Positions 1 to 11,827 of a DNA stretch of 64,000 nucleotides are shown here, in pieces. A program made the position numbers and the translations under genes. The DNA comes from Basidiobolus meristosporus CBS 931.73 (taxonomy: Eukaryota > Fungi > Basidiobolomycota), in the NCBI GenBank assembly GCA_002104905.1, contig MCFE01000409.1, forward strand, positions 1-64,000. The letters are read 5' to 3'. The notes beneath the pieces are model-generated. The model did no database searches, was not told the origin of the DNA, and was given only the letters and a program-made list of their open reading frames with translations. Numbering within the stretch: position 1 is the first letter of the stretch; every line of letters starts with the position of its first letter.

Positions 1-1106
1 ATACTTCCGTTGGTGGAGGGTTAGGAAATACTGGCCCAGGTAAGCCTGCTGGCGTGTGCCCTTTGTCAGCTTGGTAGATTAATGTCGAATGGACCCATCT
101 ATAGCTCCAGATTACAGTAACCCCAACTATCTCCACAACCCAAGCCAATCGAGTGCAGGTGCCACCAGTAGCAACTCATTGTGGAGTGTCGAATACTACT
201 CGCAATATTTTAAACGTCGATACCAACCAGGTGAGCCAGCTCTTGCGATTGAGCCGACCCATTCAGACCCGTTAACTTTCTCCTGGTCCCTGTAGGTTAG
301 CGATCGTATGATCCAAAGTCTGGTTCCATTCAAAACGAACTTCCTAGAAGTGATTGGCGACAACCCTGACCTTTATGGTAACCCCCTTCTTCCCAACCGA
401 GTGAACCTTGCGATATCCCTTAGCTAACTTTCCTCAAACACATAGGTCCTTTTTGGGTCGCTACCACAGTGATCTTCACCATGTTCATCACGTCCTCGCT
501 GGCAGAGTCCATTGCTGCCTATATTAACGACAAGCCTCACGCGTACGACTTTATTAGCCTGTGGTTCGCTACCGTCACCATCTATTTGTACGTGTTATTT
601 GGATCCCTATTGGTGTGGGGAGCGACCAAATACTTCGGCTGTCAACCGGCACTTCTCGAGGTGGCCAACATCTACGGCTACGGTATGACCGTTTGGATCC
701 CGGTGTCGGTAAGCGTTGCTCGCGATTCTCAAGCTACTTGAGAGCCCCTTTGCTAAGCTCTCTCTCCATCCTCCAAGATTCTATCAGTGATCCCTAGCAA
801 TATACTTCGCTGGATCTGCACCATAGTCGGTTTCCTGATCTCTGGTAAGTGGCGGTAGTTCTGCATTCATCCTTGATACTTCCTCACCTAGCCCCAACCC
901 TCCCCCCGCCAGGATACTTCCTCACCAAGAACCTGTACCACATCATTCTGAGATCTACCGCGAAGACTCCTAGACTCTTGGTGATCGGGATTCTGATCTC
1001 CCACTTTATCGTGGCCTGCATCTTCAAGGTCAAGTTCTTCTCCTACGATATCAATCTGGGCGTGTTGCCCGACGCAGGGAAGAACATCGCTGACATTGGA
1101 AATTGA
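1..1106 (+). CDS. Yip1-domain (YIPF1/2-like) Golgi/ER membrane protein, 5'-partial, intron-containing; apparent +1 frameshift at ~212-214
   Basis: Exons <1-39, 105 (or 111)-230, 296-377, 446-708, 778-844, 913-1106, joined by GT..AG introns of 65-70 bp. The spliced product reads ...LWSVEYYSQYF(N)VDTNQVSDRMIQSLVPFKTNFLEVIGDNPDLYGPFWVATTVIF...IYGYGMTVWIPVS...FKVKFF, matching the Yip1-family motifs WxxEYYxxYFxVDT, PDLYGPFW and YGY, with several hydrophobic segments. Confidence 0.88.
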
Positions 1107-1395
1107 TCCTGCGCCACTTCAACTCTCCTGCTTCCCTCCGGCTCCTCCCGGGTCCAACTTACACACTTTTAATCCCATTGAAGTTCAGCCTATACATTCC
1201 ATATGAAAATTCTACCCTTGTTTGTGACTGGTGATGTTGTAGAATTAAAATGCTTTCCAAGTTATGAATTATCAATATGCTGAGCCCACGTCTCTTTTCA
1301 TTTCTCTTGGTGTCTAAGTGACAACTTGCTAGTATATCTGTATTTGATTTAGCCCATCCCCTTCCCTCCCAAGTTATGGGTATATCCCTAGTTCT

Positions 1396-1958
1396 TGTTG
1401 TAAAAATTCGGAATTCCACCTAAATATTCACCTAACTTAGTCACTTAGATCATTACCTTCAAATCCTAGAGAATACTGACCAAATTCCTTGTTGGGATTT
1501 ACTCAGAATATCTTCACCAAAATACCAGGTACCTAGAACATGAAAATTCTCAAAGTTGTCCAAACAGCCCCAAACTTTGCACACAGGTTCTTGGGACCTT
1601 CCTTAACCTATTCTACATGTTTGTTATGCCAAGACCATGTAAAAGTATAAATACTACTTTTACATTCAATAAATCATTCAGTGAAAACCACATAATAGAC
1701 TTAATCCATCATTCCAGCTGATCATAGTGCCCAATAGTGCCATAGCATGCCAGATGGTGCCTGATCATGCCACAGAGTGCCAGATAGTGCCATACAGTGC
1801 CAATTTGGGATCAAAATTGACATGCATATGACCCTAAAATATCAAATTAATAACAAAATATACAGCACTCTCTGGCACCATGATCAATGGCACAATGGAA
1901 CAAGTCTACTCTACTTGTTCTCCCAATCACTTCCAATATCTCCAAGACTCTTACAACA
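1396..1958 (+). repeat. 5' LTR of copia-1 copy A (contains a 211-bp MITE)
   Basis: Aligns with 6248-6579 once 1697-1910 is removed; TGTTG...CAACA termini; TATAAATA and AATAAA motifs. Confidence 0.93.
1697..1907. mobile_element. 211-bp MITE with AGACTT..AAGTCT ends inserted in the LTR
   Basis: Absent from the sister LTR (CATAAT|C-ACTTGT); flanked by AAT/ACT (3-bp TSD, one mismatch); right end GGAACAAGTCT is identical to the foldback MITE terminus; many GTGCCA/TGGCAC motifs. Confidence 0.8.
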
Positions 1959-1970
1959 GGTTATGAGCCC
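1959..1970 (+). promoter_or_regulatory. Primer-binding site complementary to the tRNA-iMet anticodon arm
   Basis: GGTTATGAGCCC immediately after the LTR is the reverse complement of GGGCUCAUAACC. The same PBS occurs at 33540 and 54935, and on the minus strand at 27424 and (degenerate) ~62142. Confidence 0.85.
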
Positions 1971-1989
1971 CAAGCTGTCACTCTCTGCA

Positions 1990-4900
1990 ATGTCTACTAC
2001 TGCTATTACTGGAATTTTTCCCTCTGCTGAAAAGTTGGATGGATCTAACCACCAAGTGTGGAAGGTGAAGATGAAGATGCTGCTACAAGAAAGAGGCCTT
2101 TGGGATACTGTCATGGGAGAAGAATGCCCTCCTAAAAATGTGGGAGAGGAAGCCTTAAAGTACCAGAAGAAAGAACAAAGTGCCTTTAACTGCATTTGCC
2201 TTAATGTTAAGGACAAATTGCTAATTCAATGCTCAAGAGCAAAAAGGCAAAGAATGCCTGGAAGGCATTAGAAGACACCTACCAGTCATGTTCAGCTGCT
2301 AAGAAAATGTATCTGAGACAAAAACTCTTTACTACAAAGATACTGCCAGGAGAAGAAATGAAAAATCTAATTAACAGAATTACCCTGCTGGTGGATGAGA
2401 TGGAATCTGTGGGCATACCAACTACTGATGAGGATGTGAAAGTTACCATCCTGAATAGCCTGACAGACAAGTTTCAGGGCCTTGTATCAGCCCTAGAGTC
2501 CAGAACTGAAGATTTGACCTTAAATTACATATATGGAAGGCTCCTGGATGAAGAATTAAGGAAATCAAGCGCAAATAAGAAGGAAGAAGAAAATGCTTTA
2601 ATAAGCAATGATAACCAACAAAGGAGGTACCCAAGACCCTACAAAGGCAACAACAACCTGTTTTGTAACTACTGCAAAAGGAAAGGACACACATCAGACC
2701 GGTGTCTCAAAAAGAAAGATAATCAGCAAAAGAATCCTGAATATGGAAATGCTGCAACAACTGAAGATAGACTATTCACATCTGCACTAAATATGACCAC
2801 AAACAAGGATTCTCAGACATGGTATATTGACTCTGGAGCATCCCAACACTTTACGCACCAAAAAGAACTTTTTACCCAATATCAAGAAATTCCAATTAAG
2901 AAGGTTTTCATGGGTGATAATAGAACACTTGATGCAGTGGGAGAAGGAACTATCCAAGTAAACCTAAGAAGCAGTGAATGAAGCCATACACTGACCTTCA
3001 AAGAAGTACTCTATTTACCAGAAATAGCCATGAACCTACTATCTGTAAGCAAGGCCACTGCAGAAGGACTCAGTTTCAGCTATGACCATTCTTGATGCAA
3101 GATCACTGACCAAAATGGTGCCCATATTGCTTCAGGTATCAGAGACCAGAGCCTATACAAGTTGACTTATATTCCATCATATATGGAAGCCAATATATGT
3201 AACTTAAATGAAGAAACACCAATGCTTTGGCACAGGAGATTTGGGCACATCAATTTTGATTATTAGTGCATAATGATCAAAGATCAGCTAATTTCTGGAG
3301 TAAAGATTGACCCCCAGCTAATTTGGAGCACTGTGAAGACTGCACATATGGGAACCAAGCCAGACAACCATTCAAGAGCTCTGGGTTGGTCAAAACTAAG
3401 AAAAAATCAGATCTAATTTACTCAGATCTGTGTAGACCTATGCAAAATTTATCCTTAGGCAGGATAAAAGACTTGTTCCGTTGGATAGTGCCACATTGAG
3501 CCATGAGTGCCAAATGATGCCATAGTGTGCCAGAGAGGTAAAGTGAGCCTATACTTGGCCACAGAGTGTGAAACATAGCACTGCATCTTCATGTAAAGCA
3601 GCCCCTGTGTTTCACCCACTGCGCAGGAGAAAATCCATTTTTTGACCTTTTTTTGTGGATCAATGTAGCTCAGAATGTGTGAGAGCACAGGAGAGCTGAA
3701 GATATGCATCTGGTACTCAATACCCATGGCACTCTGAATCTAGATCCTGTAGCTTGTATCATGTCACAAAAATGAATGGCACTATCTTGGTCCACTGGTA
3801 CTATCTGGCACTATAAGTGCTTTGTATTGATCTTACTTTAGGTCTAATATTTAAATATAGTGCCAGATAGTACCAGTGGACCAAGATAGTGCCATTCATT
3901 TTTGTGACATGATACAAGCTACAGGAGCTAGATTCAGAGTGCCATGGGTATTGAGTACCAGATGCATATCTTCAATTCTTTTGTGCTCTAACACATCCTT
4001 CACAACATTGATCCAAAAAAAAAGGTCAAAAAATGGATTTTCTCCAACACAATGGGTGAAACACAGGGGATGCTTTGCATGAAGATGCAGAGCTATGTTT
4101 CACACTCTGTGGCCAAGTATAGGCTCACTTTACCTCTCTGGCACACTATGGCATCATTTGGCACTCATGGCTCAATGTGGCACTATCCAACGGAACAAGT
4201 CTAAAGTATTTAATCACTTTTATTGATGATTATACAAGATACACATGGGTCTACTTCATGGAGAGAAAGGAAGAAGCTCTGTCAAAGTTCTGGGAGTTTA
4301 AAGCCATGGTGGAGAGAGGAACTGGCAAAAAATCAAGAAAATACGCTCTGACAATGGTGGAGAATATACCTCAAAACTCTTCATCCACTTCTGAAAATTC
4401 ATGGGATAAAGCAAGAGACTACTGTACCTTACTCCCCACAGCAAAATGGAGTAGCAGAACATGCTAACAGATCAATAATTGATATGGCAAGATCCATGAT
4501 CCATGGTCAAAAATTATCTTATGATTTTTGGGTGGAATCAGTTGCCACTGCTTTATACCTTAAAAATAGGGTTATAACAGAATACTTCATGATTCTACTC
4601 CATTTGAAGCATGGTATAGATACAGACCAAGTGCAGAACATCTAAGAATATTTCAGTGTACAGCATATGCTAAGAAACTGCCCCAAAATCAATCAAATAT
4701 AAGCCAAAAGGTGAAGAATGCATATTTTTGGGCTACTGCAATGAGAGTAAAGCATACAGACTCTGACAATACTAAAGCAAAGAAGCTAATCAAGTCCAGG
4801 GATGTGTTGTTTGATGAAAATTCAAAATTTTCACTAAAACCAACATCAGATGATGACAAAAATCTGATATCAAGTCCACCAATTGTCAGGATTGAATCAG

Positions 4901-6236
4901 AGCAAACAATGAAAATTTTTTCACTCCAGAGGACTCTACAACAATGGTCCAGCCAGAATCAGTGCCCAGGAACATCCCAGAAGTGATCATTCCAGTATCA
5001 AATGCCTGGAGATCCAATCAGATAACAAATAGCCCAAATTACTATATCAATGAGGGTACAAACTTAGCCTACACCTATTCAGTCCATATTGATGAACCCC
5101 AGACTGTAAAAGAGGCCCTAAATAGCACTCAGACAAAGTTTTGGAGATCTGCAATGACTGAGGAATATCAGGCCCTGATGGAAAATAAAACTTGGGACTT
5201 AGTCAAATTACCAATCAACCAAAAATCAATTGGATGCCAATGGGTCTTATATATATATGTGAATGATCTTATTATAGCCACCAATAACCTAGAAACATTG
5301 GAAGAGACTAAATCCAGCCTATCTAAGGAGTTCAAGATGTCCAATCTAGGAGAACTCAGTTACTACTTAGGGATTAAGTTCTCCATAGACAGAAGTACCC
5401 AGACTATTACCCTAAGCCAATCCAAGTATACTCAAGATATACTAAAGAAGTTCCAAATGAAAGACTGTAAACTGGCAGCTACCCCAATGGAGACAAACCT
5501 TAACTTGGTCAAAACTCAACCAAGTCAAGAGGGCTTAGTGCCATCTGAAAGCCCTGACTTTTCTTATCAATCTATGGTTGGCAGTCTGCTGTATATCATG
5601 CTTGGAACATGTCCAGATATTGCATATTCAGTGGGAGTTGTCAGCCAACATAATCAGAACTATGTATCTGATCATATTGCAGCAGTTAAGTGGATTTTTA
5701 GATACCCAAAAGGAACTGCTGATGTCTGCTTAAGATACACTTATAAAGATTCAGAACAGGAGCTTTTGGGATACTTAAATGCAAATTGGCAAAAAAATTT
5801 GGAAGACAGAAGATCCACCACAGGATACACCATTCTTTACTGTAAAGGAGCAATTTCATGGAACTCAAGAAAGCAACCAACCGTAGCACTTTCTGCCACA
5901 GAGGCAGAGTATATGGCAGCCTGTGAAGCTATAAAAGAAGCAATATGGTTAAGAAAGCTTTTTACAGATTTAGGCCTAGGTCAAAAAACACCTATTACTT
6001 TATTTCAAGATAATCAAGGATGTATACAATTAGGTAGAAATCCAACTTTTCATGCTAGAACCAAGTACATAGATATTAGACATCATTTCATACCTGAAGC
6101 TATAGAGAATAACTTAGTTAGCTTAGTTTACTGTCCTACAGATGAAATGATTGCAGACATATTTACCAAACCATTAGCAATAGACAAGTTTGAATATCTT
6201 AGGTCAAAATTAGGACTAGTCAGTATGAACATTTAG
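1990..6236 (+). pseudogene. Disrupted copia gag-pol (UBN2-type gag, CCHC zinc knuckle, protease, integrase, RT/RNase H)
   Basis: LDGSNHQVWKVKM, CNYCKRKGHTSDRC, WYIDSGASQH, FIDDYTRYTWVYF, WNSRKQPTVALSATEAEY, RTKYIDIRHHF; multiple stops and frameshifts; RT N-terminus deleted (GCQWV joined directly to LYIYVNDLIIA). Confidence 0.93.
3469..4202. mobile_element. 734-bp foldback MITE, copy 1 (347-bp inverted arms, 40-bp loop)
   Basis: Arms 3469-3815 and 3856-4202 are reverse complements; ends AGACTTGTTCC..GGAACAAGTCT; 3-bp TSD AAA; interrupts the copia integrase sequence AGGAT-AAA-GTATT, which is contiguous in copy B near 56436. Confidence 0.93.
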
Positions 6237-6247
6237 CTGAGTGGGAG

Positions 6248-6579
6248 TGTTGTAAAAATTTGTAATTCCACCTAAATATTCACCTAACTTAGTCACTTAG
6301 ATCATTACCTTCAAATCCTAGTGAATACTGACCAAATTCCTTGTTGGGATTTACTTAGAATATTTACCCAGAACATGAAAATTAGATAAGTTGTCCAAAC
6401 AGCCCCAAACTTTGCACACATGTTCTTGGGACCTTTCTTAACCTATTCTATGTGTTTGTTACGCCAAGATCAAGTAAAAGTATAAATACTACTTTTACAT
6501 TCACTAAATCATTCAGTGAAAACCACATAATCAACTTGTACTCACAATCACTTCCAATATCTCCAAGGCTCTTACAACA
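6248..6579 (+). repeat. 3' LTR of copia-1 copy A
   Basis: Follows the PPT; TGTTG..CAACA; followed by TSD GTTCT; carries a short deletion and scattered substitutions relative to the 5' LTR. Confidence 0.93.
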
Positions 6580-6619
6580 GTTCTTACTCCACTGACAACA
6601 AGATCAAGGGTTTTTGACC

Positions 6620-7795
6620 ATATGGACCATACCCTGGTACATAAGTGTCTCCATGTGCACAACTGTCCTCAGTATTATCCAACTCTTCCTGGCTGTCCTT
6701 CATGTGCCAACTCATCACATCCATGATGAACTTGAAGGTAAAATTCTTGACAAGATTGGGATATGGTAGTACTTGCATTTTGACTTTTATTCTGCTTGGC
6801 CTTGAATTCCTGATAGTCCCATGATATGCCAACCTTGAGGTGATGGTATGCTATACTCTGTACAGCCTCTTGAATATTAGCCCACTCTTCATCATGGCAT
6901 TCAACAACTTCATGGATCTTCAATGTCTTTTGAATCTTAGGCTTTAGTATAAATATCACAATCTCTCCCTACCATGCTGTGATAGGCTTTTCTGTGGGCT
7001 CTATTTCTGAGCACTGTAGCTGTGCTTTAAAGAATATACAGTGTTCCTCTGCTGTTACATTGAGAAATGGGTTGATTCTTGGCCATGACATTGAGATACC
7101 TGAGTTCCTTCTATGCAGCAAAGAAACTGCATTCTCTACTAGGGATATTGAATGTTCTACTTGTATTTTCTGCTCATCCTGTCTCTGAGCTATTTCCTGA
7201 TTTCCATGAGCCATTGCATCTGTTCTATTGGCCACTACACTTAATTGACTCTTTGATATTTTGGTATGAGCTGACAATATTCTTGCTAATACTGGTGGTG
7301 GTAATGTTATGCTGGTCATTTGCTGGTTTTCCACCAGAAGTACCACTTTTGCTACATTCTCATTTGCCTGATCATTATGGTCAGCTGGCAGCTTCACAGA
7401 GCTTCTCAATTACTCATTTGACTGAGATCCTGAGGAGTCAGCATTATTACCTTTGGTGGGCACACTGTCAACATGGTCTTTTTTGCACATAGCCCCACTT
7501 ATTGCACAGAATATTAAAGCAAGCTGCAGTCCAACTACTTTTCAGCAGTTGTTTGTGGTAATGTTTGGTTGGGAACCATACAACTTTGCTTTATTTTTGG
7601 CAGCATATATATGGAAGTGGGTCAGAAAAGGGGAACTAGTGATACGTACACATGTTTATGTGATGCTACAGCTTTATTTATAATGCTTACTATAGTGAGT
7701 CATCACTGCATCTTACATTCATGTAGATGCAATGTCTCATATACAGGACTGTATTACACTTGCATGAATATTGACAAAAAAGTAATATAACAGTG
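6620..7795 (-). pseudogene. Fragments of the CCCTA (CACTA-like) family: short transposase piece plus N-terminal part of the partner ORF and its upstream region
   Basis: QVLPYPNLVKNFTFKFIMDVMSW (transposase C-terminal region); SPPP..AHTK and EEWANIQEAVQS segments shared with 21210-22430 and 42755-45882. Confidence 0.75.
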
Positions 7796-7799
7796 CTAC

Positions 7800-8044
7800 T
7801 GTTGTAAGAGTCTTGGAGATATTGAAAGTGATTGGGTGACTTTCACTCAATGATTTATTGACTGTAAGAGTAATATTTATACTTTTACATGGTACTGGCA
7901 TAGCAAATATGCAAAGTAGTCTTTGGAAGATCCCAAGAGCAAGTATTCAAGGTTTGGGGCTGTTTAGTCAACTTTGAGAATTCTCATGCTCTGGGTACCT
8001 GATATTTTGGTGAAAATATTCCAAGTGAATCCCAACAAGGAGTT
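7800..8044 (-). repeat. Truncated copia-1 LTR fragment
   Basis: Reverse complement of the LTR 3' end (TGTTGTAAGAGTCTTGGAGATATTG...), truncated against transposase-upstream sequence. Confidence 0.8.
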
Positions 8045-8049
8045 TCCAC

Positions 8050-9360
8050 TACTATCAGTAATGGGGGCCTTGAGGATTTATTACTACTTCTTGCCAAAAT
8101 CATTCTTGGATGCAACTTACCATGTACATGGTACAAGTGGACAACCATCATGTGGCTGGCAGCATATGACCTAGAGACTGTCCATATTCCAGCATTTGTT
8201 AACAGTTGCATGGCATTCACATCCAAAAATGCCACCATTGCAAGGTGTCCATCTTGTCAGGAATCCACCACCATTGAGTGGAAATATTATTCAAGCCCTG
8301 GATATATTCCATTAATACCCTATCTAAACAAGCTCATGCAGTCCAACAAGTATTGTGAAGCTATAAAGTACCCTACCCAATATCAAGCAAGCACAAACGT
8401 ATCAGATATATTTGATGGCAAACATTACAAACAGCAAAGAAGCAAGAGCTACTTTGAAGGTATATATGACCATGCCTTTGCCTTAGCATTTGATGAATTC
8501 TCATTAAACAAGTACTGTACCAGCAAATCCTGTTGGCCACTGATTCTCATCAACCTGAATCTGCCACCTATCCTACTGTATCAGAGCAAGAATCTGATGG
8601 TAGTCTCACTGGTATCTGGGCCTAAATCACCGTCCAACCAGGATAGCCCCCTACATCTATTGCTAAATGAATTTTGTATGTTTTACAGTAGGACACAGTA
8701 AGAATAACACTTATGTCAAAGTGAATATTATTATCTGCATTGCAGATACCTCACCATCAGCAAAGATAGCTGGCTTTTATGGGTACACAGAAAGGTACTG
8801 ATGACAAATGTGCAAGATCAAGGGGACTTACTGCATCACTGATACCCATTATATTTATCCAAGCACCAATACTAATAAGCTTATCTTCTTATGGAGAGAA
8901 CATAGAGAAGTTGGTATACAATTGCAGCAAAGCAGGCAAGCTATCAGCTACTACACAGAACATGGAAACAAATAGGATTGAGAGACACTAAACATAGTGG
9001 GCATCCATTGAAGCAAAAGCTTTCCACAAGGGGTAATGCACTTGTTCTTCAACAGTACCACTTCACTATTGATCAGCTTTTCATGGATACTACAAGTGAA
9101 ATGAGCACTTTGAGATACCAAAAAACTTGAAGCAATTGTTAAGATATCACAGAGTATGTACTACTCAAAGTGTTTCTAATAAGCTCCAATTTATATTCAT
9201 ATGCCTATTGAACAATATAAATGCAAGGACTGGATGAACTAGATATGTATTGGTTCAAGAGACCTTCAAAAGCTACTTCTACACTGAGTACATTGGAAGC
9301 ATTTTGAGCCACATGAATACACTTAAATATTTGCAGAATACTTTGTGGCACTTTGCCAAT
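8050..9360 (+). pseudogene. CACTA/EnSpm Tnp2-type (Transposase_21-like) transposase remnant
   Basis: CMAFTSKNATIARCPSC, SDIFDGKHY, LAFDEFSL..SKSCWPLILINLNLPP..NLMVVSLVSGPKSP, matching the DG/SxWP/NLPP/GPxxP signature of Tnp2 transposases; decays downstream. Confidence 0.85.
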
Positions 9361-11827
9361 AAATAACTTCTCCCTGCTGGATTCTAGTCCCCCTTGAAGG
9401 TATATGCATGTTTCTCTTTGTATGAATCCCTCATTGAAAAGTATAGAAATTGGCTTGTACCCAGTCCCTATGAAAAATAATTTGGTCCTGTGGGTGGATC
9501 CAGTAAAGATTAGCTGCCAAGATCCCATCAGGAGACCGCAAAAATATCAGCAGCTTGGAATTAATGACTATCTACACAATCTTATGACAGGATTACAACA
9601 GTGTTTGGCTAATTTTATAGACATATAATGTTAAAAAAATTTAATGGTGTTTGTACAGTATTTTGACAACAGTGGCATGGCATTGTTACAGTCTTAGTGC
9701 GCTCTACAACTATTTGAGTGGATCTAACTGGCCAGTATATCCAATTGCCTGATGTATGAAAAAGCCTGACAGTGCTTTGATGGCCTCATTGCAAGCCTCT
9801 CATGGCATTATTGCAGCAGTGTAGTGACATACAGATAGTTCTGTATAATGCTACTGTACCAATTTACTAAATGGTATTTCCTTTTTCTACCTCCTCTTGT
9901 GCAATTCATATGTTCCACTGAGAAGCACCCATCTTTATTTGCTTGCCCACCCCTACCTTATGTATTCCACATTTAGTTTGAATCAAAAAATACTATGCCC
10001 TCCTGCTTACTTACCTCAACAATCTTGCACACCTACCATAATTGAAATACTTCTATCAGCTCAACTTTATGGCTTTGTAGTGTGATACTTGCAAAGTTGC
10101 CATATACCTTGTATTGCTGGAAACATATACATCTTGCAATCAAATGCAGGGTTGCCACCACTTCTGCTATAAATACCTCCTGAATATCAGCATAGAACTT
10201 TTTAGCATTTAGCTAATATATTCCTTCTCCCTGCTGATTTCTAATCCCCCTCATAGGTGCACTCTGGCTCTTGTATGTGAAGTTCTGCATTCAATGCTGT
10301 GGAAATTGGCTTGTGACCAAGAGAAATCTGGCATACTTTGGTAGAGCTTTCATAAAAAAATTAGTTGCTTGTTGCACCTAACCAAGCTTTGCATTACTTA
10401 ACTGATTACCCACACATTGGGGCTGCTTAGCTTCCTAATGCCTTAGGCATAGGTGTCTCCATGTGCACATCTGTACTCAGTGTTTTCCAACTCTTCCTGG
10501 CTGTTTTCCATGGACCAACTCATTACATCCATGATGGACTTGAAGGTAATATTCTTGATGAGATTGGGATATGGTAGTACCTGCAACATGACTTGTCTTC
10601 CTATCTCCCCACACATCTGCTTCATAGAAAACTCCCAAAAGGTGAAGCAAGGCCCAATATTCTCCACACAATGTGCAAGATGGAGTAGAGAATGGATACA
10701 GTAGCAGCAGGGATCTACACATTCATCTTTATATATAGCTGCTTAAATCCCATCACAAACTCCTCACACAACAGCTGTAGATGCATCAAGTTGGCATTGA
10801 TGATCTGCTTCTGGATAAATATTCCTACAATGTGCACATATGACTCCAAATGCTTCCAATGTACTCTTGGTAGAGACGGCTTCAGAAGGCCACTTGAATA
10901 AATAAATATCCAGTTCATCCAGTCCTTGCACTTGTATTGTTGCAAATGCTTATGCATGTTGATCCCTATGAAAAATAATTTGGTCCTGCAGGTGGATCCA
11001 ACTTGGATCAGCCATCAGGATCCTGTTTAGAGACCATCATAATACCAGCAGCTTGGAATTAGTGACCCACCTAATGATCTTATGATGGGATCATGACAGT
11101 GTTTTTCTGATTTTACAAACAAATATAGGTACAAACTTGACAATATTTTATTGGTGCTGTGACAATATTTGCATGGTATTGTTGTGGTCTTTTAGTGCTC
11201 TATAACTATTTCAACTGGATCCAATTGGCCAGGACACTCAATTGCCTTATATGGCAAGAAACTTGATGGTATTTTGATGGCCTCCCTGCAAAACTCTGAT
11301 GGCATTATATCAGCAGTATGATGGTCTACCACCAGTTCTGTATAATGCTACAGTACCAATTTACTAAATGGTGTATCCATTTTCTACCTCACCTTGTGCA
11401 ATACATATATTCCACTGTAAAATCACCACTTTTATTTGCTTACCCACTGCTACCTTGGGTATTCCACATATAGCTCAAATCAAAAAAAACTATGACCTCC
11501 TGCTTACTAAACTCTACAAATGCTCACACCTGCTGCAATTGACATACTTCCATAACCTCAACTATAAGGATTTTTAGTGTGATTCTTGCAAAGTTGCTAT
11601 ATACCTTGTACTGCTGGTAACATATTCATCTCGCAAACATATGCTTGGTTGTTGCCACTTCTGCCATGAAAACCTCCTGAATATCCACAAACAACTTCTT
11701 GGTATTTAGCCAATATATTCCTTCTCCCTGCTGGATTCTAGTCCCTCTTATAGGTGCTCTCTGGCTTTTGTTTGTGTGAATTTTGTATTGAATGGTGTAG
11801 AAGTTGGCCTGTGACCATGAGAAATCT

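Larger units (their letters stand above)
1396..6579 (+). mobile_element. Ty1/copia LTR retrotransposon, family 1 copy A (both LTRs, decayed, two MITE insertions, internal RT deletion)
   Basis: TG..CA LTRs at 1396-1958 and 6248-6579; 5-bp TSD GTTCT at 1391-1395 and 6580-6584; PBS at 1959; PPT GCTGAGTGGGAG before the 3' LTR; copia domain order gag-PR-IN-RT-RH. Confidence 0.95.

Noticed and set aside
1959-1970. tRNA gene
   Set aside because: Only a 12-nt complement to the tRNA-iMet anticodon arm (a PBS); no cloverleaf.
4944-6236. 430-aa ORF as an intact gene
   Set aside because: It is copia RT/RNase H with the RT N-terminal ~430 bp deleted in frame and catalytic motifs damaged (YVND, YLNANW).
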